The notes below the pieces were generated by a model. It did no database searches and had not been told where the DNA came from. It saw only the letters and a list, made by a program, of their open reading frames with translations. A stretch of DNA of 64,000 nucleotides from Macrostomum lignano (Eukaryota), in assembly GCA_002269645.1 (NCBI GenBank), contig NIVC01002289.1, forward strand, positions 122,501-186,500, given 5' to 3'. This document shows, piece by piece, positions 22,499 to 35,300 of this stretch. A program made the translations under genes and the position numbers. Every line of letters starts with the position of its first letter. The stretch's first letter is position 1.

Positions 22499-24272
22499 CC
22501 TTAGTGTATTCAAGGGGTTCTTAGACACCCCTCATATCTCTGCATCTGTTCGACCGATTTTGATGATAATTTATACAAACATGGGTCTATATTTTGATGG
22601 ATTCAGTGCTAGAGTTTCAGCTTGGTCGTATAGACAGAACGAAAGCAATCGATCATTTACTGACGAACCTGCGAAAATAGCAATACGATTTTAAGCACAT
22701 AACAAAACGTACAAGCAAAAGGGGCAAACGGTTCAAGTTGGCAAGTTCCCAAACTTCAAAAATCAGATCACCAATCATGAAAATCTTCGAAGTAATCACC
22801 GTTCCGTTGAATGCACTTGTCATACCGCATCGGCAGCTCTTCGATCCATCCTAACCACGTGTCTCTAGGAGTCGCTCTGATGAGCCCCTCAACAGCCGTT
22901 TGCAGCTCGGGGAAGCTTGCGAACCTCTTGCCTCTCAGCTGCGCCTTGACGTGTCCAAAAAGACCATAGTCAGACGGTGCCAAATCAGGCGAGTAGGGCG
23001 GATGCTGCCACTGCTGGAATCTGAGGCTGTCGATGTGAGAGCGAGTGAGGGCTGCCGAGTGCGGCCGGGCATTGTCGCAGTGCAGCAGGACGCCCTTGCG
23101 CACGATCCGACGCCGTTGCAGTAGCTCCTGTCTCAGCCTCGTGAGCTCGTCACAAAACCGCTCGCTGTTCTGTGTCTGGCCCTGGCCGTACCACGTGAAC
23201 ATGAGGGGCCCGCTCGCATCCCAAAAAACACTTAACATGATCTTCTTGGGATAGGTGCCTGCGCTTTCGACGTCACCGCCGCCGCCGCCCCTCGGAAGCC
23301 AGGCCCTCGACTCCCGCCGGGAGAGTGGGTCGTACAGGGCAAACATGGACTCATCTTGAGTTACAAATCTGCTTTTGAACTCGTCTCCCAGAGCTGAAAT
23401 TGCCGCCCTTTGTTGCAAGCAGACTTCGTATCGGCGATTTTTCTGCTCGGCAGTTAGCAGTCTTGGCACCCATCGAGAGACCAGCTTTGACAGACCAAGA
23501 TGCTCGTGCAGAATTTGGAAGACCGAGCCACACGAAATCCCGGCGGCATTGGCCAACTCGTCAATAGTGATGTGGCCGTTTTCACTTACCAGCTCTTCGA
23601 TCAGGATGGCACTGCTGTCGTTGACTGCAGTAGCTGGTCGGCCTGAACGTGGCTTGTCCTGCACGCTCATTTCGCCGTCCTTTCTCTTCCGGACCCAGTT
23701 CGCGACGGTTGCTCGACAGCAGGCATCATCTCCAAAACGGCTGACTAATCTCTGGTGGATAGTGTTCACGGACATGCCTTCGTCCGCAAAAGCAAAAACG
23801 ATCAGGCGCTGCGAAACTTTATCGCCATATGCACTAGCCATTCTTAAACCATCTGAGGTTGGTTCTGCATCTCAGCATTTCAATCTGACGTTCATTCTGC
23901 GCACTCAGTCTAATGCTGCCTACTGCTTTGTTCTATCTTTTTTTGTCTATGGCTAAACCCTCACAGCTTGAAAGTAATGATTAATCAATACTCACCGAAA
24001 GCTTTTATTCCTCTAAAAACAAGCTGCGATTTCACAACCCCCCCCCCCAGTTTAGTGAGGTCCAGATCCGATGCTGTTCAAAATCGTATTGCTAATTTCG
24101 TAGGTTCGTCAGTAAATGATCGATTGCTTTCGTTCTGTCTATACGACCAAGCTGAAACTCTAGCACTGAATTAATCAAATATAGACCCATGTTTGTATAA
24201 ATTCTCATCAAAATCGGTCAAACAGATGCAGAGATATGAGGGGTGTCTAAGAACTTTTTGAATGCACTAAGG
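22499..24272 (-). mobile_element. Full-length mariner (DD34D) transposon, 1774 bp, ~194-bp TIRs, TA TSD
   Basis: TIRs at 22499-22692 and 24080-24272 are near-perfect inverted copies. TA lies at 22497-22498 and 24273-24274. The element encloses an intact transposase ORF. Confidence 0.95.
22768..23841 (-). CDS. Mariner transposase, 357 aa, uninterrupted
   Basis: HTH region, RSGRP, WVPRLLT, TQDES (D1), HCDNARPH (D2) and PPYSPDLAPSDY (D3). There are 34 residues between D2 and D3. Confidence 0.97.
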   Translation of the reverse strand: MASAYGDKVSQRLIVFAFADEGMSVNTIHQRLVSRFGDDACCRATVANWVRKRKDGEMSVQDKPRSGRPATAVNDSSAILIEELVSENGHITIDELANAAGISCGSVFQILHEHLGLSKLVSRWVPRLLTAEQKNRRYEVCLQQRAAISALGDEFKSRFVTQDESMFALYDPLSRRESRAWLPRGGGGGDVESAGTYPKKIMLSVFWDASGPLMFTWYGQGQTQNSERFCDELTRLRQELLQRRRIVRKGVLLHCDNARPHSAALTRSHIDSLRFQQWQHPPYSPDLAPSDYGLFGHVKAQLRGKRFASFPELQTAVEGLIRATPRDTWLGWIEELPMRYDKCIQRNGDYFEDFHDW

Positions 24273-24601
24273 TATTATTATAAAAATCTGTTTATAGCGA
24301 CTTGCCAATAATTTCTGGCGCATCTCTTGGTTAATGGGCTGAAACAGCGCTTCATAATTAATAGTTAATGTACACAGAGTTTGCCTGATTGTTGCTCTCT
24401 ACATTCTTGAATTGAATAACTCGTTTGTGTCTGGTGAATGCCGACCATTTTTAATAGTAACGAGCTAAATTGTACTTTTTTCTATATTAAAATTTGCCTT
24501 CAGTTTCATTTCGTACCTAGAGTTCGTAACGGTAAAGAACAAAACTGAATCTTTATTTATATTTTAATTACATTTGTGTATTAAGTAGAAAAACTTTATG
24601 T

Positions 24602-25800
24602 AGGATGGAGTCTGAATGTACGAGCGTACATTGGGTGCAGGGATTGTGGGGCAGGATGGAGTCTGAATGTACATTGGGTGCAGGGATTGTGGGGCAGGAT
24701 GGAGTCTGAATGTACATTGGGTGCAGGGATTGTGGGGCAGGATGGAGTCTGAATGTACATTGGGTGCAGGGATTGTGGGGCAGGATGGAGTCTGAATGTA
24801 CATTGGGTGCAGGGATTGTGGGGCAGGATGGAGTCTGAATGTACATTGGGTGCAGGGATTGTGGGGCAGGATGGAGTCTGAATGTACATTGGGTGCAGGG
24901 ATTGTGGGGCAGGATGGAGTCTGAATGTACATTGAGTGCAGGGATTGTGGGGCAGGATGGAGTCTGAATGTACATTGGGTGCAGGGATTGTGGGGCAGGA
25001 TGGAGCCTGAATGTACATTGGGTGCAGGGATTGTGGGGCAGGATGGAGTCTGAATGTACATTGGGTGCAGGGATTGTGGGGCAGGATGGAGTCTGAATGT
25101 ACATTGAGTGCAGGGATTGTGGGGCAGGATGGAGTCTGAATGTACATTGGGTGCAGGGATTGTGGGGCAGGATGGAGTCTGAATGTACATTGGGTGCAGG
25201 GATTGTGGGGCAGGATGGAGTCTGAATGTACATTGGATGCAGGGATTGTGGGGCAGGATGGAGTCTGAATGTACATTGGGTGCAGGGATTGTGGGGCAGG
25301 ATGGAGTCTGAATGTACATTGGGTGCAGGGATTGTGGGGCAGGATGGAGTCTGAATGTACATTGGGTGCAGGGATTGTGGGGCAGGATGGAGTCTGAATG
25401 TACATTGGGTGCAGGGATTGTGGGGCAGGATGGAGTCTGAATGTACATTGGGTGCAGGGATTGTGGGGCAGGATGGAGTCTGAATGTACATTGGGTGCAG
25501 GGATTGTGGGGCAGGATGGAGTCTGAATGTACATTGGGTGCAGGCCGCAGGGATTGTGGGGCAGGATGGAGTCTGAATGTACATTGGGTGCAGGGATTGT
25601 GGGGCAGGATGGAGTCTGAATGTACATTGGGTGCAGGGATTGTGGGGTAGGATGGAGTCTTAATGTACATTGGGTGCAGGGATTGTGGATAGGATGGAGT
25701 CTGAATGTACATTGGGTGTAGGAATTGTGTGATATGATGGAGTCTGAATGTACGCTCGTACATAACATAGAATGCGGGGATTTTGGGATAGGATGGAGTC
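24602..25800. repeat. 43-bp minisatellite (AGGATGGAGTCTGAATGTACATTGGGTGCAGGGATTGTGGGGC)n
   Basis: About 27 near-identical copies; they explain the three long repeat ORFs at 24564-25811. Confidence 0.97.
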
Positions 25801-25842
25801 GGAATTAACAATACAATTATTCTTAATATTCGCTACTTTCAG

Positions 25843-28323
25843 CAGCAGTCTTCGCAGCCGCAGTCGTCATTATCGCCGGCGGCCCTCGTGGGCATCGGCA
25901 TGGTGTTTGCCGGCTGCTGCTCGAACGTGTTCTTCCTGGAGCTGATCATCAAGGAGGCCCCTAGCAGCGGCAATATTGTCACATTCTTTCAGTTCTTGTT
26001 CATTGCGGCGCACGGTTTTGTAACTACGGCCAAGTTTGGCCGGGCCAGGCGGGCCATTCCGCTGTCCTACTACGCGCTCATGGTGTCCATGTTCTTCGTA
26101 GTCCAGGTGGTGAACAACTATGCGCTTAATTTCAACATCTCTATGCCTTTGCACATGATTTTCAGGTAAATGAGTGCGAAATTTAAATCAGCGCGGTTTT
26201 TGTTAAGTTTCAATCAAGTTTCGTGTTTGAGGTTTCGGGGTTGTGAGGTTTTGGGTCTGTGAGGTTTTGGGTGTGTGAGAATTTGGGTCTGCGAGGTTTC
26301 GGGTCTGTGATGTGTCGGGTCTGTGAGGTTTTGGGTGTGTGAGAATTTGGGTCTGTAAGGTTTCGGGTCTGTGAGGTTTTGGGTGTGTGAGAATTTGGGT
26401 CTGTGAGGTTTCGGATCTGTGATGTGTCGGGTCTGTGAGGTTTTGGGTGTGTGAGAATTTGGGTCTGTGAGGTTTCGGGTCTGTGATTTGTCGGGTCTGT
26501 GAGGTTTTGGGTGTGTGAGAATTTGGGTCTGTGAGGTTTCGGGTCTGTGATTTGTCGGGTCTGTGAGGTTTTGGGTGTGTGAGAATTTGGGTCTGTGAGG
26601 TTTCGGGTCTGTGATTTGTCGGGTCTGTGAGGTTTTGGGTGTGTGAGAATTTGGGTCTGTGAGGTTTCGGATCTGTGATGTGTCGGGTCTGTGAGGTTTT
26701 GGGTGTGTGAGAATTTGGGTCTGTGAGGTTTCGGGTCTGTGATTTGTCGGGTCTGTGAGGTTTTGGGTGTGTGAGAATTTGGGTCTGTGAGGTTTCGGAT
26801 CTGTGATGTGTCGGGTCTGTGAGGTTTTGGGTGTGTGAGAATTTGGGTCTGTGAGGTTTCGGGTCTGTGATTTGTCGGGTCTGTGAGGTTTTGGGTGTGT
26901 GAGAATTTGGGTCTGTGAGGTTTCGGATCTGTGATGTGTCGGGTCTGTGAGGTTTTGGGTGTGTGAGAATTTGGGTCTGTGAGGTTTCGGGTCTGTGATT
27001 TGTCGGGTCTGTGAGGTTTTGGGTGTGTGAGAATTTGGGTCTGTGAGTTTTCGGGTTTGTGGACTTTCGAAACTGCGGAATTTTTATTTAGATAGTGATT
27101 TGTACTCATAAATTCCCGTGACTTTTGAAATTTCCACCCGCCCAGGTCCGGCTCCCTCATGGCCAACCTCGTGCTTGGCGTGCTCATTCTCAACAAGTCC
27201 TACCCGCTGTCCAAGTACGCCTCTGTGCTGGTCATCACGGCCGGCATAGTGGTCTGCACCATCGAGTCCGCCTCCGATGCCCGGCGACCGCCAGCTGACA
27301 AGGCCGAAGCCGCCGCCGCCGCCTCCGAACAGGTGGAACTGCTGCGCTGGTGTCTGGGCGTCCTCATGCTGGTGTTCGCGCTGTTCATGTCCGCTCGGAT
27401 GGGCATTTTTCAGGTTCGTTTGCGCGCTGCCTGGCCTGGCAGTTGGTCTGACAGTGGGGTACAATGCCGCTTACTGTGGAGTGGATTCCCCATGCCAGTG
27501 AAGTAGATTCGCCGGTCAGGGAAGTAGATTCCTCGGACAGGGAATTAGATTTCCGGACAGTGAATTAGATTCCCGGACAGTGAATTAGATTCCCGGACAG
27601 TGAATTAGATTCCCAGACAGTAAATTAGATTCCCGGACAGTAAATTAGATTCCCGGACAGGGAATTAGATTCCCGGACAGGGAATTAGATTCCCGGACAG
27701 TGAATTAGATTCCCGGACAGTGAAGTAGATTCCCGGACAGTGAAGTAGATTCCCGGACAGTGAATTAGATTCCCGGACAGGGAATTAGATTCCCGGGCAG
27801 TGAATTGATTTGAGTCCCAATCTGTCAGGCAGTCCCCGGGAGATCCCAGGTGCACAGGGGAATAACCAGTCAGTGACCGCACCGCCGCCAGGAGGAGACG
27901 TACCGCAAGTACGGCAAGCACCCGGACGAGTCGCTATTCTACAATCATTGCCTGCCACTGCCCGGCTTCCTGCTGCTCAGCGCCGACATCTGGCAGCACG
28001 TGCGGCTGTTCAGCGAGTCGGCGCCAATGTGGCCGCTGCCAGTGCCAAGGCTGTGGGTGTGGCTAGCCGGCAATGTGCTCACCCAATACCTGTGCATCAG
28101 GGGCGTGTTCATTCTCACTACGGAGTGCTCATCGCTCACCGTCACTCTAGTTGTCACTCTGCGCAAATTTAGCAGCCTGATATTCTCAATATTTTATTTT
28201 AATAACAGATTTACTGGCATGCACTGGCTGGGCACTATTTGCGTGTTCGGCGGTACACTGATCTTCACTGAGACTCACCAGCGACTGCGGAATCTGCTGC
28301 TGGACAATCGGAAGAAAAGCTGA
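25843..28323 (+). CDS. SLC35B4: UDP-xylose/UDP-GlcNAc transporter SLC35B4 (YEA4-like); exons ~25843-26165, 27146-27413, 27892-28323
   Basis: VFAGCCSNVFFLE, GNIVTFFQFLFIA, VVNNYALNFNISMPLHMIFR|SGSLMAN, SARMGIFQ|EETYRKYGKHPDESLFYNH, LTVTLVVTLRKFSSL and HWLGT. The start is either the ATG at 25900 or lies in an unseen upstream exon. Confidence 0.95.
26220..27060. repeat. Minisatellite of 16-bp monomers arranged as a 64-bp four-monomer higher-order unit
   Basis: GGGTCTGTGAGGTTTC-GGGTCTGTGATTTGTC-GGGTCTGTGAGGTTTT-GGGTGTGTGAGAATTT is repeated through SLC35B4 intron 1. Confidence 0.93.
27500..27805. repeat. 20-bp minisatellite (GAATTAGATTCCCGGACAGT)n
   Basis: About 15 copies in SLC35B4 intron 2. 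Confidence 0.93.
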
Positions 28324-29004
28324 TTTTAAACCGAACTGCGAATAGTGCCAATCTCTTGCTTCTAGATTGATAAACATATATCGGTCACTTTTCTCGGCAC
28401 TACGTAGTCTGAGGAATTCCCCTTTGACAGGTTTTCATTGGCCTATGAAGAGAAACTTCAGCTTAGGCTCTGGCCTCGTAAGTGTCCAAGCCATATTCAA
28501 GTCGTGCGCTTTAAATCCACTCTCTGCTTCAAATCCGACAAGTTATCGACTGCGGCCGGTTTTGTCCGGAAGAAAATTAGCGCAAGAGCCTAGAGAGAAG
28601 GGCTAGCTATCTTATAGTTATTTGTAACCTGTTTTTATACTACTACTCTTAGTAGCACTATCAGATAGTAGTTTAGGTAGATTTTTTAATCACCATACAT
28701 AATTTCCTGCATAGTTTGTTTTTCCTCTACTTCTTACTGAATACTTCTAGTAGGTAGCTAGTGCGGATGAGCCAGATTTTCTGGTGCTTTTCTACTTATT
28801 TTTGACTTTATTCTCTGGCTTTGTTGTTTGTTGGTGCGTACTAAATAACTGTTCAGCTTGATTTGGTTGATTTAGCAGTCGCATTCCCGCAAGGTGAGAC
28901 ACTATAACAACTTGATAGGCCACTCAGGCTTCGTATTGTGCAGCCCGTAATGTAAATTGTCACTGACAATGTACATGCCAGTTTTAGGCTGTAGCATCGA
29001 AGAG

Positions 29005-29345
29005 GGCAATAAAAATTGAGTGGTGGGACGGGGGTAGAGGTTTTGGGTGAAGAGACGCGATCGGAGGGGTTCAGGAGGGCAATAAAAATTAGGGCCCGTA
29101 GAAGTTTTGGGTGAAGAGACGCGATCGGAGGGGTTCAGGAGGGCAATAAAAATTAGGGCCCGTAGAAGTTTTGGGTGAAGAGACGCGATCGGAGGGTTCA
29201 GGAGGGCAATAAAAATTAGGGCCCGTAGAAGTTTTGGGTGAAGAGACGCGATCGGAGGGGTTCAGGAGGGCAATAAAAATTAGGGCCCGTAGAAGTTTTG
29301 GGTGAAGAGACGCGATCGGAGGGGTTCAGGAGGGCAATAAAAATT
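29005..29345. repeat. 64-bp tandem repeat, about 5 copies
   Basis: AGGGCAATAAAAATTAGGGCCCGTAGAAGTTTTGGGTGAAGAGACGCGATCGGAGGGGTTCAGG; a period of 64 is seen at 29076 and 29140. Confidence 0.92.
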
Positions 29346-30183
29346 GGGGGAGCGGGGTAAGAGGGCACTAAATGAGTCTCGTCTTAAATGAATTGCATTA
29401 AAATGCCTCTATTTAAACTGTCTACTGAACTGAAAGTAGCTTATGCGCAAATGTGCTGAGTGGTTCATCTAGTTATTATAGCTCGTAGTATTTGTGACAG
29501 CGCTGGCTTATTAAGACCGTAATGCTAGGTTATGTTTTTATATTTGTTTAACCTGATCTCTCCTCAAAATCTTCTCAGCCAGAGGGCCGTATGTTCACAA
29601 TCAACTGAGCTGTGTATGAGCCAAGACAACCGACCGTTCTTAATTGCTTCTATTTCTGATAAATTGTCGTTTAGCATTCTATTAGATTTTTAAACCTATT
29701 TCTATTCTGCTCTTTTATTATGACTGTCTGCGCAATGTTCTGTTGTTAAGCGACTTCGCTTGCTTATTATAGACCTGTTATTTAAATTGGAAATACCATA
29801 TATCAAAGCTATATATAATATATATAGCTACAAGCCTATATAATATATCAAAGACACTTTCTACTATAGGCTAGTAAATATATGATTCCTTAGATAGGCT
29901 TGTTTTGCCAAAGCCCGTGTCGATTCGAAAAAAAATTTTTAAAGGCAGCGACCTTATATATTGATTCGGCCTAACATAGGCATTTGTTATTTTTATTTTT
30001 CACACTGGACTAAGGGAGTTTTTCTGTTGCAAACAGGAAATATATCGATCTCTCAAATCTTGCCGGTTGCCGCATGGGGAGTGGAGGTTGAAGACAAGCG
30101 TCTGTTCAAATGTAATCAAGCAGGCTGAAAGCTTCAGTATGCACACACGAGGTTGCCGCGTGATTGTATGTCTATGCTTGGAT

Positions 30184-30690
30184 CAGGGGTCGGCCTTCCA
30201 CGAAGCCTCTCTATCCGGCCCTTGGGTCCTTTGAAACTTCACTATGGCAACTCGGCCTGCTCAGGGTTTTTCTCTCAGCTCTTCTCGCCTCCCCCTTCTC
30301 TATCCCCTCTCTCCCTTCTCTCTCTCCCTTCTCTCTCTCGCTTCTCTATCCCCTCTCTCCCTTCTCTCTCTCGCTTCTCTATCCCCTCTCTCCCTTCTCT
30401 CTCTCCCTCTCTCTCCCTTCTCTAGCTCCTGTCCTTTCTCCCTCCCCTCTCTCCTTTGTCTCCCTCTCTCTGCCTTCTCTCTCTCGCCTCTCCCCTCTCT
30501 CTATCTCCCTTCTCTCCCCCTCTCTTCACTTTCCTCTCTTCCCTCTTCCCCTCTTTTGTCCTCCCTCTCTCTCGCTTTTTATCTCTTCTCTTACAATGCT
30601 CCTTTCTCTTCTATTTCCTCTTCTATCTCTCCTCTATTCCCCTCTCCTTTCCTCTTACATGTGGCCCGCAGGCAGAGCTGGATACTTCAG
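30184..30690. mobile_element. Degenerate second copy of the 7389-7762 hAT MITE family, right TIR lost
   Basis: It starts CAGGGGTCGGC and shares gaagcctctctatccggccct(c/t)gggtcctttgaaactt, a CT-rich interior and tg(a/g)cccgcag(c/g)ca..gagct with the first copy. Confidence 0.7.
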
Positions 30691-31659
30691 GTTTAGTTTC
30701 CTGTTGACTATCATAGCTAAGGCAGGTTAACTTATATTGGGGATTTGTTCATGCAATCTACTGTCGGAATACCACTTTTCTACACTAATTTAAGATTTTT
30801 TTCGAACCTATTCGTGGTATTTAAATACCACGGTTTTCTATTCAAAAGGCATTAGATAGATAGGAAGTTTTCTGTTTTTTTTAGCACTGAATTACCAATA
30901 TCTGCCCTTCTGCATGGACTTCCGAATTCGAAACCAAGCAATTCGTCTTCGAACCAAGGACTACAAAAGTAGAAGGACGGGAAAACTCGGTCGTTTCTTG
31001 GGAAATTTTAGGAGACAGATTTTTAAATAAAAAAGTACACTACACGGAGATAGAATGAAAAGGACTTTCTACCCCCTAGTGTATTTTTATCGAAAAAACC
31101 GGCTTTAATTTTCCAAGAAATGAGGTTTCCCTTCCTTCTACTTGTGTAGTCCTTGCTTGGAATCCGTAGCGAGAAATTCGAGGAATTTGAAGAAATGTTT
31201 TGTGTTAAAAAGTTTTCTTGCAATATGCGCGTCAGCTACTGAATTAAAGAGTAGTTTATGGCCTGTGCACTGAATGACGCATCGTATTGAATCTACTAGT
31301 GTAATCTTTTATTGTAAATAAAGTTCAAAATTAAGGTTCAAGAAACAGATTTTTAGAATCGTCACGTTTTCTCGGAAAGATGCGAGTAAATAACGTCCGA
31401 GAACAGGATAAACGGTTATTTATTGTTTAACCAATAGCATCAATCTGCGATATTGCTCTTAGAGAAACCGATAGTTTAAAGGGTGTGGCGTAGTACTAAA
31501 ATTGGCTAGTATATTATCTCCTAACTATGAAGCATAGAATTACTATTTCTGTTAATGGCATAGCATTCTCATTACTGACTATTTTCCGTAAGGTAAAACC
31601 ATTTTCCAACTAATATTAAACTGAAAGGGAGGACAAAAATCGCGATCAAATATCGAGCC

Positions 31660-32212
31660 CAGGTGATGCTGACAGGGAAGGATGAGGCTGACAGGGGAGG
31701 ATGAGGCTGACAGAATAAGTATGATGCTGACCAGGGAGGATGAGGCTGACAGGGGAGGATGAAGCTGACAGGGGAGGATGAGGCTGACAGAATAAGTATG
31801 ATGCTGACACGGAGGATGATGCTGACAGGGGAGGATGAAGCTGACAGGGGAGGATGAGGCTGACAGAAAAAGTATGATGCTGACACGGAGGATGATGCTG
31901 ACAGGGGAGGATGAAGCTGACAGGGGAGGATGAGGCTGACAGAATAAGTATGATGCTGACCAGGGAGGATGATGCTGACACGGAGGATGATGCTGACAGG
32001 GGAGGATGAAGCTGACAGGGGAGGATGAGGCTGACAGAATAAGTATGATGCTGACCAGGGAGGATGAGGCTGACAGGGAAGGATGAGGCTGACAGGGGAG
32101 GATGAGGCTGACAGGGGAGGATGAGGCTGACAGAATAAGTATGATGCTGACCAGGGAGGATGATGCTGACCAGGGAGGATGAGGCTGACAGGGGAGGATG
32201 AGGCTGACAGGG
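31660..32212. repeat. ~19-bp composite minisatellite (GATGAGGCTGACAGGGGAG)n with interspersed CAGAATAAGTATGATGCTGAC units
   Basis: Tandem array downstream of the stop codon at 32327. Confidence 0.9.
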
Positions 32213-32326
32213 GGAGATAACGATGTGCCTGTATTGGTAGTTTTCTCATTTTCACGGACAAGTGTCGGCAGTCCCAACTGACGTCCTGTCGCTGCAAACG
32301 AGTCGCCACGTGCGCTGCGCTCCTTT

Positions 32327-35300
32327 TTAGGCGGCGCTCTGCTCCGCGTGCTCCCAGGCTGGCCAGGGCTCCGAGCTGCGGTAGCACCACTCGCTGACGC
32401 CCCAGCCTCGGATGCCGTTGACTTCGAAGTCGCAGAATCTCTCGTAGATTCGAACCTCAGCCGCCGTGCCCATGCAGAACACGGCCTGGTCGGCCGCCCG
32501 GCACTGCACCGTGTAGGTGCGCCCGCCGGCCAGGCAGCGGATGCGGAAGTCGGTAGACGGCCTGCCGTCCTGGCCTTCGTTGTACAGCCGGAAATCCGAC
32601 TGGCGCACCGGGGACACCCGGCCGTCCGGGGTGCACACAAACCCGATGACCAGGCTGGGGATTGGGGCGGGTAGCGGTGCGGATGGTCACGATGATGGCG
32701 ACGGCGACGGTGATGGCGACGGTGATGGTGACGGTGGTGGTGACGGTGATGGTGATGGTGACGGTGATGGTGGAGGTGGTGCAGTGATGGTAATGGTGGA
32801 GGTGGTGACGGCGCCTGTGATAGTGACGGTGATGGTGAAGGTGGTGACGGTGACAGTGATGGCGACGGCTACGGTGACAGTGATGGCGACGGCTACGGTG
32901 ACAGTGACAGTGATGGTGAGGATGATGATGGTGATGGTGACGGGGACAGTGATGGTGAGGATGCTGATGGTGATGGTGACGGGGACAGTGACGGTGAGGA
33001 TGATGATGGTGACGGGGACAGTGACGGTGAGGATGATGATGGTGATGGTGACGGGAACAGTGACGGTGAGGATGATGATGGTGACGGGAACAGTGACGGT
33101 GAGGATGATGATGGTGACGGGGACAGTGAGTGTCGACGATGGTTGCAGTAAGAATAAGAGAGTTTGTGGCATTGATTTTCCAGCTTATTCTACGTGCGTA
33201 TGTTCGATTTCGCATCGATTTGACAAATTCTGGTACACATCACTCATACTGCTGAGACAGCAAAGACTCTCTCTTTCTCACTTGGACAGGTAGTTCGGCA
33301 TTGACACGCAGCCGATGGCGATGCAGGTCCGGTCCTGCAGGTAGATGTACTGCAGTCCGTAGCGGTACAGGTCCGACCACACTCGGTGATTGCCGTAGGA
33401 GTGGTCGCGGGCGCCCTGCAGCTTCAGGTCGGCCACCTTCTCGTCGTCGACGTAGACGGGCCCGGTGATTTCGCCGAACTGCTCGTAGTGCGTCTGGTGT
33501 ACACTGCGAAGGACGAGGAGGATAATCTCGGCTTTGCGAATGGATTCGGCAAATGAGTCGCTTTCACAAGCTCGAAACTTCCCAAGCTCGAAACTTCCCA
33601 AGCTCGAAACTTCCCAAGCTCGAAACTTCCCAAGCTCGAAACTTCCCAAGCTCGAAACTTCCCAAGCTCGAAACTTCCCAAGCTCGAAACTTCCCAAGCT
33701 CGAAACTTCCCAAGCTCCAAACTTCCCAAGCTCCAAACTTCCCAAGCTCCAAACTTCCCAAGCTCCAAACTTCCCAAGCTCGAAATTCACAAGCTCCAAA
33801 CTTCCCAAGCTCCAAACTTCCCAAGCTCCAAATTTCCCAAGCTCCAAATTTCCCAAGCTCGAAATTCACAAGCTCCAAACTTCACAAGCTCCAAACTTCC
33901 CAAGCTCCAAACTTCCCAAGCTCCAAACTCCACAAGCTCCAAACTTCCCAAGCTCGAAACTTCACAAGCTCCAAACTTCCCAAGCTCCAAACTTCCCAAG
34001 CTCCAAACTTCCCAAGCTCGAAATTCACAAGCTCCAAACTTCCCAAGCTCCAAACTTCCCAAGCTCCAAATTTCCCAAGCTCCAAATTTCCCAAGCTCGA
34101 AATTCACAAGCTCCAAACTTCACAAGCTCCAAACTTCCCAAGCTCGAAATTCACAAGCTCCAAATTTCCCAAGCTCCAAATTTCCCAAGCTCGAAATTCA
34201 CAAGCTCCAAACTTCACAAGCTCCAAATTTCCCAAGCTCGAAATTCACAAGCTCCAAATTTCCCAAGCTCGAAATTCACAAGCTCCAAATTTCCCAAGCT
34301 CCAAATTTCCCAAGCTCGAAATTCACAAGCTCCAAACTTCCCAAGCTCCAAACTTCACAAGCTCCAAACTTCCCATGCTCCAAACTTCCCAAGCTCCAAA
34401 CTTCACAAGCTCCAAACTTCCCAAACTTCTTAAACTTCCAAAACTTCCCAAACTTCCCAAACTTCCCAAACTTCCCAAACTTCCCAAAAGCCTAGGAAAA
34501 GTCTAGCTGGTCACATTTGCATCTTGAAACTAAACGATTTCGAATTTTTGCCCTCACATAAAGTCACTGTCATTTGGCAGATGTCTCTTGGCCTTCAAAG
34601 ACTCATGGTTTTTTAAAGAGAAGATGAAGTAGTGTTCATCCTGAGAAGCAGCAATGGCAACTTAAACAGCTCAGGCCGCACCTCTCCAGCCGCTTGAACA
34701 TCTCCTGGCTCCACTCCTCGCTGGCCACCGCCTCAGCCAGCGGGTGGCTGTCCTGGTCCGTGTCAAAGTCGAACTGCCGGTGCAAGGCGCGCCAGGTTAG
34801 CTGGGCTCGAACCCGGACCCTCCCGCCGCAGCCGCCGCCAGTCGTGCCCAACTGGCGTCGCCGCTTCTCAGCCTCAGCCTCCGGCAGCAGCGTCATCTCG
34901 CCGTCGAACTCCAGCCGCCAGGTCTGCATCGGCTCCAGGCACTCGATGCGCATGTCCGACTTGGAGAAGCCGCCGCCTTCAGTGGCGGTGAAGTTCGTGT
35001 CCGGGTGGGACGGGTGCTCAAGCAGGCCAACGCCGCGCAGCCGCAGGATGCTGAGGCACTGCAGAAGGTTGCGCTGACGGCGCGAGGCCGCCATGATGAG
35101 GTTGTTGCCCAGCTGATCGGCGCCATTAAAGTACACAGCATCCACGGCCTGAGGTGGCAGGACAGCGAGTTTATTAGCTGGTTGATGGAAATGAAACTCA
35201 GATCAGGTCAGAGGGTCAGAGCTCAGATCAGACTGAGACAGACAGACACTCAGGACTGAGACAGACAGACATTCAGAACTGAGACAGACAGACATTCAGA

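Noticed and set aside
22499-22536. Outward-facing mariner-like TIR motif (TATGAGGGGTGTCT) inside the long TIR
   Set aside because: Tc1/mariner ends are often quasi-palindromic, and there is no independent evidence of a nested element.
24564-25811. Three long ORFs (338-415 aa) on the minus strand
   Set aside because: They are translations of a stop-free 43-bp minisatellite, with the same 43-aa cycle in all frames.
26210-27196. 328-aa ORF
   Set aside because: It is the antisense reading of the intronic 64-bp higher-order repeat.
31572-34506. His/Cys-rich, Thr/Val-rich and SSKLPKL ORFs
   Set aside because: They are products of 6-, 16- and 19-bp repeats. Only the exon segments of the 32327-36350 gene are real.
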